Assembly (NCBI RefSeq): GCF_022045235.1
Contig: NW_027266265.1
Location: 29,202,001 to 29,266,000 of the forward strand
Length of the DNA stretch: 64,000 bases
Direction: 5' to 3'
DNA from: Haliotis cracherodii
Lineage: Eukaryota
Below the pieces are notes generated by a model that saw only the letters and a list, made by a program, of their open reading frames with translations, was not told where the DNA came from and searched no databases. This document shows positions 54,066-64,000 of the stretch, one piece after another. The translations under genes were made by a program, and so were the position numbers. Within the stretch, counting starts at the first letter, position 1. Every line of letters begins with the position of its first letter.

Positions 54066-57000
54066 ATGTTGCCCAGGACTGTGTTTCAAGTTTTACTCTT
54101 GGCCTATATAGCCTCTATTACTAATGGACAGTTTAACTGTAAGTATTGTTTTATGTCATCCATACGAATATATATGAATAATTAGCAGTGAAGGACATAA
54201 AGTCGGTAGTATCGCTATCAGTTTGGTTTGAATTATATTCTTTCACTGCAATGAAGTGCAGTGCGTTAGCACTGTTTGTTGTAAATCCAGACCGCAGGTG
54301 TTAAATTGGGTTTGAATTCATTATTTCCAGTTAAACCTGAAGTCAGCTAGCCAGTATTTACACACAATCATGAAGTAGGGCAATGGGAGTACACAAGTCA
54401 TTAGCAGCTTGCCCCGATTACCATAATATATTCTGAGCTTACTGTTGACGTGACATTTACTTTCACGGCAAAGCAGATTTCCAGGTGTATTTTGACTCCT
54501 GCCTGTGTAATTGATATATTTGCATATTGCAATTAAACGACTAACACAAACGTTGGAAACGTTTCACTGAAGTATGCAATTAATTATGTAAATATGAATA
54601 CATTGAATTATATTATTTTAACTACAGAAGGGACTCGTTGATTAGGATCATGATGAATGATATATGTCTTCGTCATTAAGCGGTCCGTCGACCTCTGACA
54701 ATCCTCTCCAGTGCAAGGTATAGCTTTGAGACAGGAATGGAAATATACATTCAAACATATCAGTTACATTAATCTATTACACTATCGTTCCATTATGCTT
54801 GTGGAGTCTTAAATGCATGTGGGGGATTGTGGTTTATGTGCTGTTTTGACAGCTGAGAAGTTCACCCGAACTTACATGTATTTCTGGGTATGTGATGTTG
54901 ACTTATCCAGCTAGTTTGTATAAAGCTTAAGCTGACAAATACGAGGTTTAATAGCGATGTGGAAAGACGTCCACGCCTATTTCTTTGTATCATGCCACGT
55001 TGGGACGCCATCATACTTTCATAATTTGCCGCGGGCACGGGTTGCCCGGTAGTCTAAGGCGCCGCGATTCGCTGTGCAGAGTTGCGTCCCTTGGGAACAC
55101 CACAAACCTATGATTGTGGGTTCGAATCCCGGTTCGCCCCGATTATGATTCTATGTTTGTCAGCACCATACCCGTGCTCGTGGGTTTCACTGAAGTGGTA
55201 AACATCTGAGACCTGCATCACTTCGGGCTTTCCTCCCACATTAAGCTGACACGCCGTGATATAACTGGAATACTCTTAAAAGCGGCGTTAAACCCAACTC
55301 ACTCACTCACTCACTCATAATTTGCCGACTAATTGCTATAACTTCTTCATGGCATATACACGACAGTTCAGGGCCACGTCTTACCCATCTCAACAGGTGA
55401 ATGAATGGCAGGATAGTTAAATAACACACGCACGCATGCACGCACGCACGCACGCACGCACGCACACGCGCACGCATGAATATATGTTGGACATGACAGT
55501 TTCTGCCAGCTGATTGGTATATACAAAAGGTTGGTGACACATGTAGAGTAAATTATGGTAAAAATGGTATCTTTTGTTTCAGTTTGTCGCTTGCTACAAG
55601 GTCAATGTCAGACCATATGTCCATCGGGTTCTACCACTCTGTTCCAAGCCCCAATTCTGTGTCCCTCAAGGAACTACTGCTGTATTCAAGATAGATCACA
55701 ACGAACGACAACGACAACAACGACAACGCGAATCCCTGCCACTCGAACCCCCTATCCGGTAATCACAGGTAGCCCCATTCTTCCGTGTTTGTGGAATCAG
55801 GTCAACGTGCTCATAGTTTAAACATAATCGGAAATAGAAATGTCATATAGAAATGATCAAACGCATACATTTACTTCACGATTAGATCACCCAAATCTGA
55901 TTTCACCTACAAATTTGACTGAATAGTCCCGATAGTTAATAAATTTCGTCCAAAACTTTACCCTGAATATCTTCAGCAACCTATTGCTTGCCGTAAGAAG
56001 CGACTAACGGGATCGGATTGTCAGCCTAGCTGACTTGGTTGATGCATCCCAATTGCTTTGATCGATACTCATGATTGTATGGCCCAGTTTGAATATGACT
56101 GAGTGTTGCGTTAAACAACAAACAAACAAACCTTGACGATCTGGTTCTTGTAGATCTTGAAGAATTATAACACACAACACTTGATTAGCACGGGTTTTAG
56201 TTGTGAGGTACATGCACATGTGGTTAACTGATAGGTATCCAATGTGATGTCACACTAAACTAACACTTACTACTACTAAGTGCATTGTATAATGTATTCC
56301 TATTTGGACAGAATGCGGGATAGGACTACAGTCCCGTATAGACGTTTCTTCACGGATTATCGGCGGTTCCAATGCTGGCCGTTGTGAATTTCCATGGATG
56401 GTGTACATATATAGAGAAAACAGTCCATGCGGAGGCAGCATCATCGACAGCAGACATATAGTGACAGCTGGTCACTGCCTGAGGTGAGATGCTGTTTGTT
56501 GAGATAAGATGCTTAAAGGGGGACTTTTCTCCTCGACCCGGTTCCTGTTTCAAGACTAAGCCTAGTCATTGTAATTAATACCTTGTTCTCCAAATAATTC
56601 TAGGAACCGGAAAATCGCAACAAGACAAATATTTGTATTGTTCATTAGTAATCACTACTTAACCATCCCCGCTCATCGTGTGTATTATATAGCCAGTGTA
56701 TTGTGTTAAGTACTCCTCGCCCCATATTACAAGCGGTAATGGTACAAGGAATGGAATATTATGTTCAGAAAATACTTATGTTTTATTGTCTTGAATAAAT
56801 CTTGCTAAGAACGAATGCACACTGACAAATACAAAATTCCCCGTTATACTCGTGATGTGCATTATATCTCCATTTATTTGGGAGAATATTTCCATTTACT
56901 TTAATCAAACCTAGATGATTAAAATAGGCTGATTCAAGTTAGCTCTATGAAATCAACTGTTGAAAAAAAGTTTTATGTAAAAAAAGAATGTGTATGTTTA

Positions 57001-59414
57001 CTCTTGTGGAAAGGGAAAATAACGTAACCTGAAAGAAATGGTCGGATTGTTCGGTTTAGATATGATACAACTTCTCGAAATATCTTACACGTGTATTGAA
57101 TCCGGATCTAGATTTGATTGGCTGTCCTTATACATTTATTTGCTGAATGTCAGTGAAGACAGGATAGGTTTGTTCCTTTCCACCACTTACAAAGAAGACC
57201 CGTGAAGATCCGGGTTAGAATTGGTCTTCAACAACCCATGCTTGTCGTAAAAGGCGATTAACAGGATGGTATGGTCAGACTCGCTGACTTGGTTGATGCA
57301 TGTCAGCATATCCAAATTTCGTGAATCGATGCTAATGATATCAATCAAAGGATTGTCTGGTCCAGACTCGATTATTTACAGACCGCCGTCATATTGCTAG
57401 AATATTGTTGAGTACGGCGTTAAACAAGAAACAAAGAAACGCAAAAGCCTCCCCTGTTTTGTATTCTCGGGTAAAATATGACATTTCATATGGCTGTTGT
57501 TTGTTCTTAAAAAGCAAAGAGTTATCTCTTTGTAAAACATCTGTACAGTGCTCCTTCGTTAATTAGATAATTACCATTCAGATATACAGTTTGCCATCAC
57601 CAATACTATCGCCACTTTACAATTAAATCTGTTTACCCTTTCAGTAACGTAGCAAAGTCGCAGCTGACGATAACTATTGGTGAATACAACACGAATGAGT
57701 ACAGGCCCAAGGCGGAGTTTGTCGTCCGCAATTACAGAATATTCATCCCGTCGACATACCAATCCCAGTACTACAGTAAGGGTCATATATAAGTGAGTGC
57801 GTGAATGTTGTCTAACACTGCAAACAGCAATGTTACAGCTATATTACAGCGACATGTAAATAATCGAAGCTGCACCAGGCATGTAAATGCCTGAAAGCAA
57901 TGGTTCACATCGTCAGGGCAAGACGATGCTCAATCAACCAAGTCAGCGACCCTGACCACCGGATCCTCTTTGGCCAGTGCCTATGGCCAACATGACACAG
58001 ATGGTCTCCTTGGAATATATTGCATATTTATACACATGGAAAACGTTCCCGACCACACCTTCTTTTTCATATATCTCGAACTTCTATGTATCATTTTGAA
58101 ATATCTACATTGATATCATTTTGATAAAAGTCAAAGACACCACCGATACTTCTTGGGCAGTCGGTAAAAGAAAATCGTATGTTCCTCCAGATGATCGCTT
58201 GTATGGTCATATGTATGGCACAAAGCAGAAGATGCAATTGAAAGGGTCCATAAACTTATTATTATTGCTAAAGACCCGTTGCAAATCAATTTATTACATA
58301 ATCGAATTCTGTTTCTGTATTTCACTATGTGTATGTAACTTTGTAGCAAACAGTAAATATGTTTTGTAAAATATTAAAACAGGATACGATTAAATAAGTG
58401 CCTGTTATGTAAGGAAATATATAGTAAGCGCTGCATTACTTTTCCCAGGTGTATATATAAATGACATTTTCATAAGTTATCATAGGTTATCATAGGCAAC
58501 TAATATATACGTTACCTAAAGCCATTAGTCATTTATAAAAAAAAACACCATTCGTTATGTGGTGACATAGGAAGCTGTTTGAAAGTATGGACATAAAGGT
58601 GCATTGCAAGGCAACTTCAGATACATGTATGCAGTAAACGTCCCAGTACCGAGCGTCAAACCAAACTTCTTGGGTTTCTATGTACTAGTACGTGTAAGTA
58701 CTCAAATTACGCTTTTTAAAATCTCATTTAGAAGTGCAATGGATGTATTATCCAAACCAGTCTATTGCAATGATGATGTTTTTTTCTAGGGGATGACATT
58801 GCAATGATTAAACTAGATGAACCAATCGACTTTTCACGGTATGAGTGCCTCACACCAATCTGTATCCCCGAGTCCTGGAGAAGGTTTTCCGGAGTGTCTT
58901 GCACTGTGATCGGATGGGGCGTGACACGTACAAACTATACATGTGAGTGTTATGTATATTACTTTAACATTAATGTTTCTAGATTTCAAGGTGTTATGCA
59001 GTATTTGATACCATGAAATGTATTTGAAACCCAAAGTGTTTATCGACATCATATGAGGGGTGGCTGAGAAGTTCAGAACCTGAATGTGATGGAATGAGTT
59101 GATGGAGTTGGATGCTAATTATTTTGTCAATATAATCCCCTCCGAGTTCCACACGCTTCTGCCAACGATGCTTCAGTGCCTGGACCCCACATCTTTGTCC
59201 TGATGGTTGAAAAATGTCCACCAAAGCAGATGGTAGGATGAGATGGTAATGTGGCTGTTAACCTTCTAGCGCCTTACAGGCAGCTTGGGTTGTATACTCC
59301 CCATGGAGATGAGAATGAAATCCGAGTGCTCACTGATCAATTGACCGGGGTAATAATAGTGTATCGCTATGAGCATCCACTTGGTGAATGGATTCTGGCG
59401 CATTTTCAATGCAC

Positions 59415-59481
<67 letters not shown>

Positions 59482-62400
59482 CATTTTTATTATTATCATT
59501 ATTATTATATTGGCAATTAATAGTCTTTTGGGATGTGGTCCACAAGTATGATGTCTTTTAAATTCCCGAGAACCAAAGCCATTATTTTGCCACCTGATAG
59601 AACAAACTTTTTCTTCTTCTTTGGAGTAGACGTTAGATGTTTCCACTGCTTTGACTTTTGTTTAGTCTTTGGGTGACAGTGGTAAACCCAAGCCTCACCC
59701 GTGGTTACAAATCCCACGACAAGATTAGCTGGATATGCTTCAAAACGACGTAAATTCCCATGAGAGATTCCCATTGTCATGCCCAGTTCGTTTCTATAAT
59801 AATTTATCTTGAACTTGCGTTTTAGCGTACACTGGGATAGGTCAAGAACATCAATAACATCCTCGTTACGACCCACCCCAGTGAACAAAACAAAGAAATG
59901 CACATCCAAACTGTGGCCTGGATCCGTTTCTAAAAATAAATTTACCTCAGTATCTATCTGGCACATCTTTATGATAACTTCAATGATAGGCCAAATGGTC
60001 AATGATGACTAATACTTGTAATCGTAACGGGATATTCATAGGGTTTGGTCCTCACTCTATGAGTTTAATACTCCAATGAACTCACACAAAGTCCAAACTT
60101 AAAAAGATATTGGCATAAACTGAATCCGCACTGTTTTATTATCATGAATAGTTATTTACTGAATTATTAATTCTTGGCAATTATCAAGAGTATAAATGTG
60201 GCAGATAAAAGATTTGTGAATCTCCTCAAATATCCTCTAGAGTGTGAGTGAGCAATAAGAGGTTTTAGTCGTTAAAGAATGGCACCATTGACATAAACAA
60301 CATCTGTGGATTAAGGTTCTTCCAAAAGGCTGGGGCATCCTAATGCCACGTCTTTTATTTGACTTGACTCATCCAAGATATACATGCAACAGAAACAAGC
60401 AGATTCACACTGTCTCGAAATTTGCGGGTTTGACATTTACTTATCTTTAGTCCATTGAATTTGTACATGTTGGGTTAAAGGCAGATGTTGTGTGTCTACC
60501 TGTGGTTGAGCAGGTGCACTGGTCTGCTGTCTTGCCAGGTGTGGACAGGTGCAAGCTATAATGGCATCTTCAAACCGATAAATACTTCGGTATTCAATGA
60601 GCCTACGTCAATATTCTGTTAATTCGTTTTAGTGAACATTCTTGCATATGCATCATTTGTTATTGGCAATTATTCACTTACAGACTGTGAGTTCAACCCT
60701 AACCCCGTGACGAACCAATTATATATGTGCACTCATTATACAGAGGACAGAATACCTTACTCTATTCTATTTGGCTGGCCTAAAAAGTATTAACGTTTCG
60801 TATAGAAACCTGGAATGCATTGGAAATTAAAATTGTCTCCAAGCTTCCCTTGATCTCCCGAAAAATAAAAAATTAGAATAATTATGCATTAGGCCGTTTA
60901 AACAAGACAAGAAATTGCCTGCCACAAAAATTACATTGTTGCAAGGTGTTTTCTTTTAAAACCACTCAGGCTCATAGTATAAGGTATAAAACATATATTT
61001 GTATCTGTAACTGAAACTTATATATTCTTGATACAAAAGCATGTTCTTTTTTCAATCTATCGATCGAAGTAAATATATTTGATTTAATGATTCCATTAAT
61101 CATATTGATGCAACGATATTTCAAGTATATAACCTAGCGTTATAGCAAACATTATCAAAAGAAACACATTGTCATATCGATATCACGGTACCTCGACGAT
61201 GTGTGTTTTATGATTATGTCTGATAAGTATGGCCATATGTATACTCCAAATGTCAGTTGAAATTGTTTATTGCGCCAAAGACCATAGGCCTATAGGACAT
61301 AAAATCAAACATTATATATGTATTGATATTCAAATCAGAAAATACATATACATGTGTAGTGACGGGTATAACTTTAAAGCATGAAATACTTAATTTAGGT
61401 ACATGTACAGTTTTATTCTCCAGCTAATAATGTAGGGGGATATAGTTATCATCTGGTCTGTCTGCCCATCCGTCAGTCCGTCCGGTATTTCGTTTCTGGA
61501 GCATAACTTGAAAACCGGACTACATCTCTAAAACTAATACTAGGTATTCTTTCTTCAAACTGTGCACACACAAAGACCAGTTTGTCAAATGGTGCCTTTT
61601 GCTATTTAGGGATTTTAAGAATTTATATTTCTTTAGCGTCCATTGCAACACATTTGGTCTTCACTCTGTTCATACATGTAATAGAGTGTTTGTCTGGACC
61701 ATATCTCTAAAACTGATAAGTATTCATTCATGAAACTGTGCACACGCAAAGACAAGGTTGTCTACTTGTGCCTTTTGATATTTAGATTTTTAAAATTAAT
61801 ATTTTTTTCGGTTGCCATAGCAACAAGTTTGACTTTGACTCTGTTCACATCGGTGTCTACCTGACATAGAAATATAAAATTCCGAATCCAAAGTCCATGG
61901 TATTGTTTTGACAGCTTAATAACTACTCTTGTATGCGGACAGACAGCTTAGATAGAAACCAAGTTGGAACAAAGGCAACAGTCAGAGGATTTGTTCTAAT
62001 GTATTTGGGGTGGGTGAGTGGGGAAGGGGTGATTTACAAGCCATTCCAAGCATGTATTATCATAAAATATATCGTTTCCTTAAATCGACAAAAGTCATAC
62101 ACACAAGCAAGAAATGAAACTAATTTTCAACACAACCATAACCAAACTCCAATGGTCACGAGCTACGGATAAATCGATATGTTTTGAAGGTCCAGAAGGT
62201 AAAAGAAAGCACGTTTCATTGTACATGTAATCATTTTTTTTAAAATGATAGTGTACATGTACGTATATATCAGAGATAATTGTGAATATTGGATACAAAT
62301 GGGACACATTGCATATAAACTGGTTTGATTATGATTATCTTTATAGATCTGAATCCTCCCCTGTCAGCGATACTACAGAAGGTAGACGTGGACATCGTGG

Positions 62401-63856
62401 ACAACTCCATCTGTACACAGAAGTTTGGGACGAGCTATTTCAGGAGTACTAACTATTGTGCCGGTATTCTTGCAGGAGGACGCGACTCGTGTGGTGTATG
62501 TAACCTTTACCGTTAATACTATATTATAAATCCATGTAATATTTATATTCACATTGAACGAGTAGTACATTTTCTTTCACAGGGAAATAGTTTCGAGTCG
62601 TTTAAGGCACTGCAAATCGCTGTGCTGAGTTGTGTCCCTCAGGAATGCCAGAAACCTATCACCGTGGGTTCGAATCCCTGATCCCTGATCATGTTTTAAG
62701 GTTTGTCATGACCTTGCTCGTGGGTTTGGTAAACGCCTAGGACCTGCATTGATTCGGGCTTTCTTCCCACGTCACGCTCACAAGCCGTAAAATAACTGAA
62801 ATACTGTTCAAATCGGCGTTAAACCCAACTCACTCACTCACCCACTCGAGAAGACTACAGACAGCTGATGATATTATGTTTAGGACATATGGATGGACAA
62901 ATGGTGAAACTTGAGGGAACACCGTGTTCCCTCAACTTATGGCTGCAACGTATACCCCATCAACATAATGATAAAAGCGACAAAACGCTTTCCACAATGA
63001 TATGAAATCTCCACCAAAAGTCTGTTGTATGATTCCGACTGTTCAATGAGCTTATGTTTATGAATCACTATCAAATAGTAACGATAACAGTTGTTCGTTG
63101 AAAGGTGAGAGATAAGAAAGAGTGCTTTTGGCGAATTGATTTAGCTACTGATGAGTATATTATACTAATAATACATTTGGGATAACACAGACCATCAACA
63201 GTAATTGATAAATGTTATAATGTTATGTTATTGTTTACTGATGATATGAAAATTAATAAATGTATCATAGACTGATATCATCCTATGCTTAGGATATTGA
63301 TGCCCCATTGGATTTCGGCGCCACAACACCGATTATACTGATGATATGCAAATTAATAAATGTATCATAAACTGATATCATCCTATGCTTGGGATATTGA
63401 TGGCCCAGTGGATTTTGGCGCCACAAAACCGATTATACAGAGTGACGTCCCTTAGGTACCCTTATCCCTCGGGGCCTGATACTGATCCGGGTTTTTTTTG
63501 TCAACACCTTACCGGCTCTCTTTGTCTTGTAAAGTGTTGAATGTCTATATCCTCTGTCACCATAATCAGCTGACATACCTTGATGGAATGATGACAGTGA
63601 AATGTTCTTAGCAGCATCAAATCCAACTCACCCACTCGTTTAACTTTGAACAAAGTATCACCTTAATTATTCATTTCAGGGCGATTCAGGAGGACCCCTT
63701 ATGTGTTCAACAATGGACAGATTCGGCAGACGGAGGTTTACACTTGCAGGTCTTGTCTCAACGGGATCCAACTGTGCTGAGAAAGATACCCCGGCTATAT
63801 ACACCGATGTAGCGCAATTCCGCAACTGGATTGATTCTATTCTTGCAACTCCATAG
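54066..63856 (+). CDS. G6: secreted trypsin-like serine protease zymogen with one beta-defensin-like domain and Thr-rich linker (about 346 aa), triad intact
   Basis: Exons 54066-54138 signal (MLPRTVFQVLLLAYIASITNG/QFN), 55583-55768 (CRLLQGQCQTICPSGSTTLFQAPILCPSRNYCC + T8), 56312-56483 (SSR/IIGG..TAGHC), 57645-57775, 58790-58942 (DDIAM), 62347-62495 (GRDSCG), 63680-63856 (GDSGGP). 1041 nt in frame. Confidence 0.93.
55033..55317 (+). mobile_element. SINE family C, best-preserved copy (others 10433-10650, 48905-49140, 62595-62845)
   Basis: ggtagtctaaggcgccg (tRNA-Leu-like D arm), gtgggttcgaatccc B-box, tail agcggcgttaaacccaactc(actc)n. Confidence 0.85.
59053..59790 (-). mobile_element. Second mariner transposase relic, in a G6 intron
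   Basis: Minus-strand peptides VTTGEAWVYHCHPKTKQKSKQWK..SGGKIMALV..IILVDH and KHRWQKRVELGGDYIDK. Terminal tgaggggtggctgagaagttcagaacct resembles the TIR of the 17889 element. Far boundary approximate. Confidence 0.85.
59417..59510. repeat. (TTA)n microsatellite inside the mariner relic
   Basis: Direct trinucleotide run; source of poly-Y/I/N ORFs. Confidence 0.97.
61410..62060 (+). mobile_element. Non-autonomous Helentron/pearl(CvA)-like element
   Basis: ttttattctcc..gggggatatag start, then a (GTCT/GTCC) microsatellite and two tandem about 180-bp core repeats (aaactgtgcacac..gtgccttttg..actctgttca). Boundaries approximate. Confidence 0.6.
63236..63439. repeat. About 100-bp tandem duplication (2 copies)
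   Basis: tactgatgatatg..ttaataaatgtatcat..actgatatcatcctatgctt..gcgccacaa..ccgattata occurs twice. Confidence 0.9.
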
Positions 63857-64000
63857 AGTATTAAGTTGACGGAGATATACAAGGTCAACCAGCGCATCGT
63901 TGGTGTTGGAAGATTTTGGAAAATCCATAGTGTTCATTTTGTGAAAGAATTTTTTTTTTTTATAATAAGTAAAGAGACTGACATCTTTGCGTTGAGAAAA

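Noticed and set aside
55033-55135. tRNA genes at SINE heads (also 8350, 45690, 52206)
   Set aside because: A/B boxes are present but there is no complete cloverleaf, and each continues into a repeated SINE body.
13979-55768. Calling the Cys modules canonical arthropod clip domains
   Set aside because: Cys2-Cys3 is x3-4 and Cys3-Cys4 is x11-13, shorter than clip spacing. The G-x-C and Glu pattern fits beta/big defensins better, although a distant relationship is not excluded.
59251-59646. Poly-Tyr/Ile/Asn ORFs
   Set aside because: (TTA)n microsatellite within a mariner relic.

Overview
Animal genomic DNA, AT-rich and rich in introns and repeats. The SINE repertoire looks molluscan, possibly gastropod or abalone-like (inference). 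The window holds a tandem, all-plus-strand cluster of six spliced chymotrypsin-family (S1A) genes, reconstructed by hand from GT-AG sites and reading frame. G1 (5' end outside the window, to 2547), G2 (5570-11016) and G6 (54066-63856) keep the His/Asp/Ser triad and a trypsin-type Asp189. G3 (13386-24486), G4 (28563-35180) and G5 (37393-43916) are intact ORFs but catalytically dead (His57 and Ser195 replaced). G3-G6 are secreted proteins built as signal peptide + one or two beta-defensin/big-defensin-like six-Cys domains (C-x6/7-C-x3/4-C-x11/13-C-x5-9-CC, seven domains in total, each on a phase 1-1 exon) + Thr/Pro-rich linker + protease domain. G2 carries a different six-Cys module. The best candidate system is a defensin-domain protease/pseudoprotease cascade analogous to arthropod clip-SP/SPH immune cascades; this function is inferred, not shown. 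Introns and spacers contain a decayed LINE, two mariner relics, a 483-bp element with 10-bp TSD and a RecQ-like remnant (AcademH-like), several SINE families sharing one 3' tail, a Helentron/pearl-like element, mini- and microsatellites and a 146-nt assembly gap.
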